NCBI GenBank assembly: GCA_002010065.2
Contig: MTMD02000005.1
Location: 1 to 64,000, forward strand
Origin: Candidatus Pyrohabitans jungbluthii
Lineage (GTDB): Archaea > Hydrothermarchaeota > Hydrothermarchaeia > Hydrothermarchaeales > BMS3B
Direction of reading: 5' to 3'
DNA: 64,000 bases
In this document: one piece after another, positions 9,479-18,950 of the stretch
How positions within the stretch are numbered: position 1 is the first letter of the stretch
How the letters are laid out: each line of letters begins with the position of its first letter
Program-made: the position numbers and the translations under genes
Notes under the pieces: generated by a model
What the model was told of the DNA's origin: nothing
Seen by the model: the letters and a program-made list of their open reading frames with translations, nothing else
Database searches by the model: none

Positions 9479-10632
9479 CTCGAAAGGAACCTCTCAAGTC
9501 TCGACATTGCCTCATTAATATCTCTGAGCGACGCTGCGTAAGCCATGCGCACATGCCCTTCGCCGCCCTCGCCGAAGGCGTTGCCAGGCACCACAGCGAC
9601 CTTCTCCTCTCTGAGAAGCCTCTCAGCAAACTCCTCACTGCTCATCCCGGTGGAAGCTATTGATGGGAATACATAAAAGGCGCCCTTGGGCTCAAAGCAT
9701 TCTAAGCCTGCCTCGCGGAGGCGCTTCACTATGAGCCTTCGCCTGCGATTGTACTCCTGCCTCATCTCCTCGACGGCGCTGTTGCCCCTGCGCAGTGCCT
9801 CAAGCGCAGCCTTCTGGCTCATTATGGGCGCGCACAGCATCGCATACTGGTGAATCTTCATCATGGCTTCGATTACCTCCGCTTCGCCAAGCGCATAGCC
9901 GATGCGCCAGCCAGTCATGGCATAGCTCTTTGAGAACCCGTTCAAATAAATGCAGCGCTCCCGCATGCCGTTAAGCGCAGCGAAGGGCACGTGTTTGCCC
10001 TCGTAGGTAAGCTTGTCGTAAATCTCATCGCTTATTACCACGAGGTCATGCTCCACAACTACGTCTGCTATAGCCTCTAAGTCGCGCTTGCTCATTGTCG
10101 CTCCAGTAGGGTTGTTGGGGTAGTTCAGCACGAGCACCTTGCTCCTGGGCGTAACCTTCGCCTCAAGCTGCTCCGGCAGGAGCTTGAACTCGTCCTCGGC
10201 ACGAGTGGGCACACTCACAGGTATGCCGCCTGCGAAGATGGTGCAGGGTTTATAGGCGACGTAGCTGGGCTCGGGTATAAGCACCTCCTCGCCGGGATTC
10301 ACGAGAGCGCGTATCGCTAGGTCGAAAGCCTCGCTCACCCCAACAGTAACGAGAACCTCATTTTCAGGGCTGTAATCAATGCGATAGTCACGCCTCGTGG
10401 CTAAGGCTATCTCCTCGCGAAGCTCGGGCAAGCCGTAGTTGGAGGTGTACATGGTGTAGCCTCTCTCGAGGCTATAGATGCACGCCTCGCGTATGTGCCA
10501 CGGCGTAATAAAGTCCGGCTCGCCCACGCCGAGGGAGATGACACCCTCTACGTTTGCCACAAGGTCGAAGAACTTCCTTATCCCAGAGGGTGGCACCTGG
10601 GTTACTCGTCTTGCTATCTTATCGCGCATCAT
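9475..10632 (-). CDS. PLP-dependent aminotransferase class I/II
   Basis: GEPDF, YPNNPTG, SDEIY, SKSYAMTGWRIG. Confidence 0.92.
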   Translation of the reverse strand: MMRDKIARRVTQVPPSGIRKFFDLVANVEGVISLGVGEPDFITPWHIREACIYSLERGYTMYTSNYGLPELREEIALATRRDYRIDYSPENEVLVTVGVSEAFDLAIRALVNPGEEVLIPEPSYVAYKPCTIFAGGIPVSVPTRAEDEFKLLPEQLEAKVTPRSKVLVLNYPNNPTGATMSKRDLEAIADVVVEHDLVVISDEIYDKLTYEGKHVPFAALNGMRERCIYLNGFSKSYAMTGWRIGYALGEAEVIEAMMKIHQYAMLCAPIMSQKAALEALRRGNSAVEEMRQEYNRRRRLIVKRLREAGLECFEPKGAFYVFPSIASTGMSSEEFAERLLREEKVAVVPGNAFGEGGEGHVRMAYAASLRDINEAMSRLERFLSR

Positions 10633-10634
10633 CG

Positions 10635-11123
10635 CTACGGACTCACAGCTAAGCGACGAAGCTCTTCACCATCGTAGAGCATATCCCCGTCTTCCTTGTA
10701 CTTCTTCAAGATGAAATGCGTGGTGGTGCTGGTAACCTGAGGCAGGGGTGCAAGTTTCTCTGCAACGAAGGTGGCGACTTCCTTCATCGTGTTGCCCTCC
10801 ACCAGCACAGAGAGGTCGTACATCCCCGAGACCAGGTAGAGGTTCTTTACCTCAGGAAAACGCATTATCCTCTCGGCTATCGCGTCATAACCATGCTCCC
10901 TCTCGGGGGTTATCTTCACATCTATGAGCGCCGCCACCTTTTCCCTGCCCAGCTTCTCCCAGTTTATCACCGTCTTATACTTACGTATTACGCCACTCTT
11001 TTCCAGCTCCGCTATAGCTTTGTCCACTTCTTCTTCGCTTAACCCAACCGCCTTGGCAATCTCAGCCGCAGTGAGCCTGGCATCACCCTCGAGAAGCTTG
11101 AGAATCTCCTCTTTTTTGTCCAT
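10635..11123 (-). CDS. Lrp/AsnC family transcriptional regulator
   Basis: N-terminal HTH, LYLVSGMYD, TTTHF; ATG at 11123. Confidence 0.9.
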   Translation of the reverse strand: MDKKEEILKLLEGDARLTAAEIAKAVGLSEEEVDKAIAELEKSGVIRKYKTVINWEKLGREKVAALIDVKITPEREHGYDAIAERIMRFPEVKNLYLVSGMYDLSVLVEGNTMKEVATFVAEKLAPLPQVTSTTTHFILKKYKEDGDMLYDGEELRRLAVSP

Positions 11124-11216
11124 GGTTATCACCTGTAGAGCCTTTTTATTCTTACAGGCGCAGGGTTTATAAATGTTATAGGTTAACCTGGCGGGTATCA
11201 TGTAGGTGATTGAAGG

Positions 11217-12797
11217 GTGGAAGCAACAGCAGAAGCTGCACGCAGGATAATTGCAAGGCTGCTTGAAGTAAAGCCTTCGAGAAGCGAGGTCCAGCGCATT
11301 AAGGCTCAGGTTGCGCGGGAGCTTAAGCTTAAAAGGTTGCCCTCAAACGCTGAAATTCTCGGGTTTGCAACTCAAGAAGAGCGTGAAGCGTTGCTTCCTA
11401 TTCTCAAGCGCAAACCGGTGCGCACCCTCTCGGGCATTGCTGTCGTGGCTGTGATGGCAAAGCCAGCGCCCTGCCCAGGAGAGTGCATCTACTGCCCCCG
11501 CGGCGAGGATGCGCCCCAGAGCTACACAGGCTATGAGCCCGCTGCCCTGCGCGCAAAGGCGAGCGACTACGACGCCTTCACTCAGGTTTATTCCCGCCTT
11601 GAGCAACTCGCTGCGATAGGACACGCTGTGGACAAGGTGGAGCTCATCGTGATGGGAGGCACCTTCCCGGCGCTGCCCATCGAGTATCAGGAGGAGTTTG
11701 TTAAGGATTGTATAGACGCGATGAACAGCTTTCCCGGCGCTCGCGTGCGCAGCGCCAGCTTTGAGGAGGCGGCAAGGCGAAACGAGAGCGCGAGGGTAAG
11801 AAATGTGGGGATAACCTTCGAGACCCGTCCTGACTTCTGCAAGGAGGAGCACGTGAATGCGATGCTCAGTCTGGGTGTAACCCGGGTTGAACTCGGCGTG
11901 CAGACGCTCAGCGACGAGGTGTACCGCAGGGTTAGGCGAGGGCACACCATCGAAGACGTTATTGAAGCCACGCGGGTGCTTAAGGACGCTGGGATTAAAG
12001 TGGGATACCACATGATGCCGGGGCTGTTCTCAGGCTTTGAGGAAGACCTGGCGATGTTTAAAGAGCTCTTTGAAAACCCCGACTTTCGCCCGGATACGCT
12101 GAAGATATACCCCACGCTTGTAGTGGCAGGCACAGAGCTTTATGAGATGTGGAAGCGTGGCGAGTTCCGCCCTTATAGCGATGAGGAGGCTGCGCAGCTT
12201 ATCGCCGAAGTGAAGCGCCTGCTGCCGCGCTGGGTGCGCACCATGCGGATTCAGCGAGACATACCGGCGCAGTTTATTATCGCTGGCGTTAAGCATGGCA
12301 ATCTCGCTGAGATGGTGCAGCAGAAGCTAAAGGAGATGAACGTCCGCTGCCAGTGCATCCGCTGCCGAGACGCTGGGCATCTCGCATATAAGGAGGGCAT
12401 AGAGATAAGGGAGGAGAACCTAACCTTTGAGATGGAAAGCTACGACGCTTCGGAGGGCGAGGAGCACTTCCTGAGTGTTGTGGACAGAGCTAACGACGCG
12501 CTCGTAGCTTACCTCAGGCTGCGCTTTCCCTCTGAGCACGCGCACCGCAGCGAGGTTAAAGGCTCAGCGATAGTGCGGGAACTTCGCGTCCTTGGTGAGG
12601 CTCTGCCTCTGGGCAGGCGCGCTACTAGCGCCGAGCAACACCGCGGCTACGGCAGTTATCTCCTCAAGAAAGCGGAGGAAATCGCAAGCGAAGCTGGCTT
12701 TAGGCGCGTGCTCGTGACAAGCGCTATAGGTACGAGACCCTACTACCGTCGTAGGGGTTACTCTCGCCTGGGACCCTACATGGCGAAGGAGTTGTAA
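11217..12797 (+). CDS. elp3: Elongator Elp3 tRNA uridine(34) acetyltransferase
   Basis: RTLSG, CPGECIYCP, ETRPD, LKIYPT, QHRGYG GNAT domain. Confidence 0.95.
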   Translation: MEATAEAARRIIARLLEVKPSRSEVQRIKAQVARELKLKRLPSNAEILGFATQEEREALLPILKRKPVRTLSGIAVVAVMAKPAPCPGECIYCPRGEDAPQSYTGYEPAALRAKASDYDAFTQVYSRLEQLAAIGHAVDKVELIVMGGTFPALPIEYQEEFVKDCIDAMNSFPGARVRSASFEEAARRNESARVRNVGITFETRPDFCKEEHVNAMLSLGVTRVELGVQTLSDEVYRRVRRGHTIEDVIEATRVLKDAGIKVGYHMMPGLFSGFEEDLAMFKELFENPDFRPDTLKIYPTLVVAGTELYEMWKRGEFRPYSDEEAAQLIAEVKRLLPRWVRTMRIQRDIPAQFIIAGVKHGNLAEMVQQKLKEMNVRCQCIRCRDAGHLAYKEGIEIREENLTFEMESYDASEGEEHFLSVVDRANDALVAYLRLRFPSEHAHRSEVKGSAIVRELRVLGEALPLGRRATSAEQHRGYGSYLLKKAEEIASEAGFRRVLVTSAIGTRPYYRRRGYSRLGPYMAKEL

Positions 12798-12842
12798 TCA
12801 TTATTTTTAAACTCGCTACTCTCCTGCCTTAATCATTAGCAT

Positions 12843-12926
12843 GCAGGGGTGGCCGAGCGGCTAAGGCGGCAGACTCAAGATCTGCTGGGCGTAGGCCCGT
12901 CGGGGGTTCGAATCCCTTCCCCTGCA
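12843..12926 (+). tRNA. tRNA-Leu(CAA)
   Basis: GCAGGGG acceptor stem, GCAGA-CTCAAGA-TCTGC anticodon arm, long variable arm, GGTTCGAATCC. Confidence 0.95.
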
Positions 12927-12955
12927 TTCATAACAATTAAAGAATGTGCACCATC

Positions 12956-13654
12956 ATGGGGGAATTAATCGAAGACCCGAACTTAAGAGACAAGTACTAC
13001 GTTTTCAGAAACAGACGCCATGCTGGCGAACTCCTTGCTGAGAAGCTCAAAAACCTCGTGACCAGGCATAGCTTTGTGCTTGCCATCCCTTCGGGAGGCG
13101 TGCCAGTTGGCTATGAGATAGCGAAAAGGCTCAACTTGCCCCTAGATACAATAATTGTCCGGAAAATCCCAATTCCGGGGGAAACAGAGGCTGGTTTTGG
13201 AGCGCTCACCTTTGACGGCGAGGCATTTCTTAACCTTTCACTAATAAATAGGCTGGGTATAACTGAAGAGGAGATTGAAACTCAGAAGGAGATTGTCAGG
13301 AGGCAAATAGAGAGGAGGCAGAAGATATTCAGAGGGGGCAGGGCATTTCCTGAAATCTCAGGGAAAGAAGTAATCCTCGTGGACGATGGCTTAGCCAGCG
13401 GCTACACCATGCTTGCGGCGCTATCGTCGGTTAAAAAGAGAGGCCCGAGGAGGGTGATCGTGGCGGTGCCCACAGCCCCAGAAGCTACAGTAGAGTTAAT
13501 TCTACCCCAGGTTGACATTCTAATGTGCCTGAACATAAGGAGCGGCGCTGTCTTTGCGGTTGCCGACGCCTACATAGAGTGGCACGACCTCAGTGAGGAA
13601 GAGGTGCTGGAATACCTTAGCCTGCCTGGCTTCAAAAAAAGAGGAGGCGGGTAG
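12956..13654 (+). CDS. Phosphoribosyltransferase family protein
   Basis: FRNRRHAG, PSGGVPV, VRK, LVDDGLASGYT. Confidence 0.88.
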   Translation: MGELIEDPNLRDKYYVFRNRRHAGELLAEKLKNLVTRHSFVLAIPSGGVPVGYEIAKRLNLPLDTIIVRKIPIPGETEAGFGALTFDGEAFLNLSLINRLGITEEEIETQKEIVRRQIERRQKIFRGGRAFPEISGKEVILVDDGLASGYTMLAALSSVKKRGPRRVIVAVPTAPEATVELILPQVDILMCLNIRSGAVFAVADAYIEWHDLSEEEVLEYLSLPGFKKRGGG

Positions 13655-13718
13655 ACGGGGCTATGGCAGATTAACCTTCTTCACCATAGGATAAATTCTT
13701 TTATGCGAACATGTTCGC

Positions 13719-13853
13719 CTAGCTTTCCCCGACATCAGAAAAGAACTTCTCTTCGCAATCCTTGGAGCAGAAATCTCTGTGTGAAGGAATGGCAGCACCA
13801 CAGTTAAGGCACTTGAACTGATAGAAAACACTAAAGGAATTCCCTCTCCTCAT
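13719..13853 (-). CDS. 44-aa Zn-ribbon protein (DUF2116-like), absent from the ORF track
   Basis: MRRGNSFSVFYQFKCLNCGAAIPSHRDFCSKDCEEKFFSDVGES*; GGTGA RBS; CxxC..FCSxxC. Confidence 0.75.
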   Translation of the reverse strand: MRRGNSFSVFYQFKCLNCGAAIPSHRDFCSKDCEEKFFSDVGES

Positions 13854-13940
13854 GCTCACCACTCTTCATTTATATTGCGGTTCATCCATATTAACTTTAT
13901 CCCATGGCACGTGGCGCCGTCCCGGAAGGTTACGTTACTC

Positions 13941-14351
13941 CTACTTTATCAGCTTTTCTGCCTCTTTGGCAAGCTTTTCCAACACTTTTATCGAGATGCC
14001 AGACTTTTCAGACACTTCTTTGAGATCCGCTTTAAGCAGGTCGTTGGCGGTGCGTATCCCGGCTTTTGCAAGTTGTTCAGCCTTCTTTGGCCCCACCCCC
14101 TTTATCTCCTCCAGCTTAACGACCTTCTCTGCCTTCTTCTCTTTCTTCTTCGGCGCGGGCTTCTGCGCAGCGATTCTCTTCAGCTCTTCCACATTCTCCT
14201 TATGAAGGCTCTTCCTACGCCGGTCAACAGCTATCCCAAGCTTCTTTGCCTGGGTGAGGGTAATCCCGGCTTCCTGGAGCTCTTTCAGACTGAAGCCTCT
14301 CCCCTTTCTCTTTCCATCAGCTTTTTTAACGACAGGACGATACATCATCAT
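13941..14351 (-). CDS. rpl13e: Ribosomal protein L13e fused to a C-terminal helix-hairpin-helix domain
   Basis: RKGRGFSLKELQEAGI...LGIAVDRRRKS.H.ENV; then IKGVGPKKAEQL HhH. Confidence 0.85.
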   Translation of the reverse strand: MMMYRPVVKKADGKRKGRGFSLKELQEAGITLTQAKKLGIAVDRRRKSLHKENVEELKRIAAQKPAPKKKEKKAEKVVKLEEIKGVGPKKAEQLAKAGIRTANDLLKADLKEVSEKSGISIKVLEKLAKEAEKLIK

Positions 14352-14406
14352 AACCTCCTTGAGAAATTATAATGTGTTATGCCTCTTGCCCCGTGGGCAA
14401 GAATAA

Positions 14407-14793
14407 TTAGAGCCGCTCTTCTGCCCACCAGGGCGTGGCGGGGTTTTCGTCTATGTACATGGCCACCCACTCTTTGTTATTGCTCAGGTCACGGATGTGG
14501 TAGAGTCTTATGAAGCACGCGCTCATCTCAGCATAATCGTAGAACTCAAACAGCCTGCCCTTTAATATGTGAAACTGCACTGCGCCGGAGTCGGAGATGG
14601 TGCCAGAGGAAATGCTGCATGAGATAAGTTCACACCTGTCGCGCGCCTCCAGGTGGGATAGAATAACCCTCTCAACCTCATCGTATTTCTCCTTCCCAAA
14701 AAAGGCGCTCGCAGCGTAATAGTGGGCGTATTCTCTGAGGGTCTTTCTCTCAGCAAGCCCTTCCAGTGCCGATAGCAATTCCTGGCTCAGCAT
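14407..14793 (-). CDS. Hypothetical protein
   Basis: 128-aa ORF from ATG at 14793, no recognised motif. Confidence 0.55.
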   Translation of the reverse strand: MLSQELLSALEGLAERKTLREYAHYYAASAFFGKEKYDEVERVILSHLEARDRCELISCSISSGTISDSGAVQFHILKGRLFEFYDYAEMSACFIRLYHIRDLSNNKEWVAMYIDENPATPWWAEERL

Positions 14794-14876
14794 GCAATAT
14801 TCATTTACGGCGGGAGGTTTTAATGTATTTGTGTGTTCATATATGTGTAACACATAAAAACATAGGAGTGAGAAAA

Positions 14877-15263
14877 ATGGAAAAGTTTCACTACACAAAG
14901 GTTGCGAAGGGCGACTTCGACGCTGTGGTAGATCGGGTGCAATCGCTTGCGAAGGAGGAGGGTTTCGGAGTGCTCGCTGTTCATGACGTGAAAGAGTCGC
15001 TCGCCAAAAAGGGAATTGACTTCATCCCATTCAAGATAGTGGAGATATGCAATCCCGTGCTCGCTGCCGAGGCGCTGAAGAGGGACATAAACCTCGGGTT
15101 GCTGATGCCATGCAAGGTGAATGTTTACGAGAAGGACGGCAAAGTGATAGTAAGCGGAATAGTTGCTAATGTCATGGCAAACTTCACCAGTGCCGACTTA
15201 GGAGAGCTTCCCGAAAAGGTAACTCAGGCGATAAAAAGGATAGTAGACAGAGCCTCAGCCTAG
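14877..15263 (+). CDS. DUF302-domain protein
   Basis: GFGVL, EICNP, GLLMPCKVNVY. Confidence 0.88.
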   Translation: MEKFHYTKVAKGDFDAVVDRVQSLAKEEGFGVLAVHDVKESLAKKGIDFIPFKIVEICNPVLAAEALKRDINLGLLMPCKVNVYEKDGKVIVSGIVANVMANFTSADLGELPEKVTQAIKRIVDRASA

Positions 15264-16055
15264 CTTTGTACCAGACTTTAGTCGAGCTGCAAAGCTTCGC
15301 AACTCGTCGCACGCGTCGGCGCCCTTCTCCTCTATTATCTTAACAAAGGCACTCCCTACGACTGCGCCCGAGGCACCTGCCTCAATAACCGCGCGCACAT
15401 GCTCTGGCTTTGAGATTCCGAAGCCGACCGCAAGAGGCAGGTTTTTTACATACTGAAGTGCCCACTTTGTTTTTTCTATCGTTACTTCGCTCAGCTTCTC
15501 CCTCGCGCCGGTGGTGCCCAGCAGGGAAACAAGGTAAATAAAGCCAGAGGCTTTTTTAAGTATCTTATTTATCCTCTCCTCTGTGGTGGTGGGCGCTATT
15601 AAAAATATGGTGTCCACGCCGTACTTCCTGCATATTTTTACAAGGTGCGAGGCCTCTTCCACAGGAAGGTCGCTCACAAGCAAACCATCGACGCCCACCT
15701 CGCTGCACTTCGCAACAAAGCGCTCCTCCCCATATTGAAGCACTATGTTGTAGTAAGTCATGAACACAAGGGGGATTTCCACGCCATCTCTGCGAAGGCG
15801 AGCGGCTATTTCAAAGCAGTCGTCGGTGTTTGTCCCTGCACGAAGGGCTCTGTCGATTGCGCCCTGAATCGTCGGACCGTCGGCGATGGGGTCTGAGAAA
15901 GGTATCCCGAGCTCTAAGATGTCCACGCTCTCCGCAAGGCAGGTCGCAAGCCTGGCGGATGCCTGAGGAGTGGGGTCGCCTAAGGTCAGGTAGCCTATGA
16001 GCGCGCCTTCGTTGCGCTGCTTTAGCTCAGCGAACTTCTCTGCAATTCTGCTCAT
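15255..16055 (-). CDS. trpA: Tryptophan synthase alpha chain
   Basis: ELGIPFSDPIADGPTIQ, MTYYN, GFGIS, VVGSA. Confidence 0.96.
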   Translation of the reverse strand: MSRIAEKFAELKQRNEGALIGYLTLGDPTPQASARLATCLAESVDILELGIPFSDPIADGPTIQGAIDRALRAGTNTDDCFEIAARLRRDGVEIPLVFMTYYNIVLQYGEERFVAKCSEVGVDGLLVSDLPVEEASHLVKICRKYGVDTIFLIAPTTTEERINKILKKASGFIYLVSLLGTTGAREKLSEVTIEKTKWALQYVKNLPLAVGFGISKPEHVRAVIEAGASGAVVGSAFVKIIEEKGADACDELRSFAARLKSGTKLG

Positions 16056-16094
16056 GAGGATAAAGTGCAGCACCCTCTTAAAAAGCTTTATCCC

Positions 16095-17042
16095 TCACTC
16101 CACAATTACCCTCGCCTCTCCTCCCGGCGGAACCTCAGGAAAGACCACATAAAGCTTGCTACTATCAGGGTCGCGCCACGATTCTACGGCACCTTTCGCA
16201 GCTCTTGCATCTACGACTGCGGTTGCGCCCTTTACCGGCTTAGAGGCGTGATTGCGCAGGATTAAAGTGTTGCCCTCAACGGTAAGCTCGAGATTCTTCC
16301 TGAGTCTCCACCACTCTGCAAGCTCTCTCGCGGAGGGGAACCACACCCTGCGCTCCTTCATGTAGTCCAGAAAAGATGTGAAGTTCTGCAGGTTGCGGGA
16401 GGCGGTATCCACGTGTGTCAGTAGGGTAAAAACTTCGCCTGCGTCGTAGGCGCGCTGAAAAGCTAAGTAGGTTGGCAAGAGAGTAAAGCTCATCTTCTCC
16501 TCATCCCAGAAGGCATCGAAGTTCATGCTTATAGGAATCTCAAGCACGCCTTCCACTTCATAGGGTTCAAAGCCATAAAAGAGAGAGGAGTCATAGGCAT
16601 AGCCCATCTCTGCCACAAGGGGAAGTGTAGCCCTGGTTGCATTGAGGTAGGGTGCCCTAAAGCCGCGAACCTCGTAGCCATGCTGCTCAAACCAGGAGTG
16701 CGCCCTAATAATCTGCTGCCTCCTCTCCTCTTCTGAGGCATGAGCCCACTCTGGCTGACTCCATGCCATGCTCGCCACCTCAAAGCTTCTCAGCGGTGTG
16801 AGTACCTCACTTTTACCTTGGAAGTACCCCGCCACCACGAAAAAGGTGGCATTTATCCCCCGCTCCTGGAGCGCCGCTGCTATAGCCTCAAGCTCACCCT
16901 CGCGGACAACCTCGGTGTCGAAGGTAACAACCGCCGCAGCTTTATAACCATAAGGGTACTTGGAAAGGTGGGCTTCCCGCTGAGGCTGAGTGAAGCAGGC
17001 TGAAAAGAGTGCCAGCAGGAGCAGCAGATGGGTAATCTTCAT
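16095..17042 (-). CDS. Exported polysaccharide deacetylase (CE4-like) lipoprotein
   Basis: Lipobox-like LFSAC, TFD, ATFFVV, GFRAPYL, YDSS. Confidence 0.75.
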   Translation of the reverse strand: MKITHLLLLLALFSACFTQPQREAHLSKYPYGYKAAAVVTFDTEVVREGELEAIAAALQERGINATFFVVAGYFQGKSEVLTPLRSFEVASMAWSQPEWAHASEEERRQQIIRAHSWFEQHGYEVRGFRAPYLNATRATLPLVAEMGYAYDSSLFYGFEPYEVEGVLEIPISMNFDAFWDEEKMSFTLLPTYLAFQRAYDAGEVFTLLTHVDTASRNLQNFTSFLDYMKERRVWFPSARELAEWWRLRKNLELTVEGNTLILRNHASKPVKGATAVVDARAAKGAVESWRDPDSSKLYVVFPEVPPGGEARVIVE

Positions 17043-17359
17043 TTTAACCCTGGTATTAACTGCTTCTTTCCTCAGTAATAAGCTTTCGCAAAAGAAGGGA
17101 ATAGGGAGGAGGTGGGGGGAGGGGGAACCCATGAGTCGTATAAAAGAAGCTAAACGCCTCATGGGTTCAACATAAATTATAAATTTTACGTCTCAAAACA
17201 TTATTATAAAAGAATTTAGCCCAGAAAATAATTAAATTAATTAATTAGCATTGAGCATATATAAGCAAAATAGCTACTCTTTAATTGTATTATTTAAAAC
17301 CAACAACGTTAAATGTTTTAAATTAAATTTTAACAATTGTGGAATTGATTAAAATTGGT

Positions 17360-18388
17360 TCAACCATTTTCTGCTTCTCGTATCGCCCTGACAGTCCTCT
17401 TGAGCACAAGTTGTGCAGCCTCCTGAGATGGCCAGCTTCCGAGACCGCAGTCGGGGCCTGCGAAGAGCATCCGCTCGCCGAACCTCCCCTTGAGTCTCAG
17501 GTAGATTGCCTTAATCTCATCCACGCTGTCGGCGAGCTGCTCTGGAGTTGGGTGCTTAATCCCGCGCTCCACAAAGCTACCCAACTTCCTGTCTATGCTG
17601 GTGCTCGCCACGCCTCCGCGCAGAAACTTGTCGCTGCTCTCCAACTCGCGCTTTGATATAAAGTTTATGTTTTCCGGCGAAGAGGCAAACTCGCCCGTGA
17701 GAATATGTATCCCATTAGCTTCCAGCGGATACTCTGCAGCCTTAAGGGTGTGCAGGTGTATCTGCACCTTCGCGTTAATCCCGCGTACGCTCTCCTCTAG
17801 AGCCCTGATTATCCCCTCCTTTTCTATGTTCAGGAGGTCTACGAAACCCAAGCTTGGTTCGTCTATGCTCACCACCTCGGTTACCACGTGCTTCGTATTG
17901 AGCAGAGAGTTCCTCAGGAAGGCATTAACACTTCTGGCCATGTTCATAAGAACCTCTTCATAGACGTTGAAGCCGAAGGGCGTCTTGAGGTAGAGCTCAA
18001 TTGCTCCGGTTACGCACACGCGGAGGCGCAGTCTCTCGCCCCGCTCTTCATAATAGCGCTCCGCCTCCCTCTCAACCACATAAAGCTCTGGGATAACCGC
18101 GTATTTCTCTTCGATAAGGAAGGGCTCCCGCTGGTATCTTTCAATGGGCTCCATGAACTGGCGGTGCATGTCAAAGTGCTGCGGGTAGGTTACCACGTCC
18201 AGCTGAGCCTCAAGCTTTGCTCTCAGCGAGGAGCTTACGGCGCTGTAAAAGGGCTTTAGCCTGGGTTCCTCCTCAAGGCGTTTTCCTTCTGCGAAAGCAG
18301 CGAGGGCGTCGAGGTAAACCCCGTTAAACTCCTCCCGGCTCACGCTAGCGGGTAAAGGAAAGCTGCCTATGTCGTCTATTATGACCAT
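17360..18388 (-). CDS. Core (single-barrel) cobalamin-independent-type methionine synthase
   Basis: DDIGSFP, YPQ, VTGA, SIDEPSLG, IHLH, GPDCGLG; real start ATG at 18388. Confidence 0.75.
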   Translation of the reverse strand: MVIIDDIGSFPLPASVSREEFNGVYLDALAAFAEGKRLEEEPRLKPFYSAVSSSLRAKLEAQLDVVTYPQHFDMHRQFMEPIERYQREPFLIEEKYAVIPELYVVEREAERYYEERGERLRLRVCVTGAIELYLKTPFGFNVYEEVLMNMARSVNAFLRNSLLNTKHVVTEVVSIDEPSLGFVDLLNIEKEGIIRALEESVRGINAKVQIHLHTLKAAEYPLEANGIHILTGEFASSPENINFISKRELESSDKFLRGGVASTSIDRKLGSFVERGIKHPTPEQLADSVDEIKAIYLRLKGRFGERMLFAGPDCGLGSWPSQEAAQLVLKRTVRAIREAENG

Positions 18389-18454
18389 ACCTCTACCTTG
18401 GCTCAGCCTCTTATAAATTTTTACTCGGGACGCTTTCGTGTAAGGACGATAATC

Positions 18455-18646
18455 ATGTGCGAGTCCAAGCTTTACCTTCTGGAGAATGGGCAGAAAACAA
18501 AGGTTATGGACGAGGCCATACTGGTGCGGGAGAAAGAGGGGAAGGTTATTGCTGTGGGTGTGCTTGGTGAGCGCCTGGACTTCGAGGGCGCACGCATAGT
18601 GGAGATAGACATGGACAGGCACAGCATAACCATTGCGAGGGATTAG
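18455..18646 (+). CDS. cooT: CooT-family nickel-binding protein
   Basis: MCES N-terminus, GE, C-terminal His; 63 aa. Confidence 0.8.
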   Translation: MCESKLYLLENGQKTKVMDEAILVREKEGKVIAVGVLGERLDFEGARIVEIDMDRHSITIARD

Positions 18647-18647
18647 C

Positions 18648-18950
18648 TTGCTCATCGCTGAGCTCAGCGTTGTGCCCATAGGCACGAGCAAAACCAGCGT
18701 GGGCGAGTACATTAAGGCCGCGATAGAGGCGCTTAAGCAGGCGGATGTCCGGATAAAGCCCCATGCGATGGCAACGGAAATAGAGGCGAAGGATTTAGAG
18801 ACGTTACTTTTCGCTGTAAAGTTAGCCCACGAGGCGGTTCTCGCAAAAGGCGCAAAGCGCGTTGTAACGACGCTTCGCATCGATCACCGCATCGACAAGG
18901 ATGCAACCATCGAGAGCAAGCTGCGCAGTATAGGTTCCTATGATGAGTGA
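18648..18950 (+). CDS. MTH1187 / thiamine-binding protein family
   Basis: ELSVVPIGT, SVGEY, M.TEIE, RVVTTLRID.R.DK. Confidence 0.88.
   Translation: MLIAELSVVPIGTSKTSVGEYIKAAIEALKQADVRIKPHAMATEIEAKDLETLLFAVKLAHEAVLAKGAKRVVTTLRIDHRIDKDATIESKLRSIGSYDE

Noticed and set aside
14832-14854. TGTGTT..CATATATG..AACACA inverted repeat before the DUF302 gene
   Set aside because: A plausible operator, but asymmetric and too weak to support without comparative data.
5630-16055. Separation of trpB and trpA as a novelty
   Set aside because: Dispersed trp genes are common in archaea.
17170-17359. AT-rich stretch as a replication origin
   Set aside because: No ORB-like repeats and no adjacent cdc6/orc1 gene seen.
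18389-18880. N-terminal 164 aa of the 506-aa ORF at 17360-18880
   Set aside because: Antisense shadow of cooT and the MTH1187-family gene; the real protein starts at MVIIDDIGS (18388).
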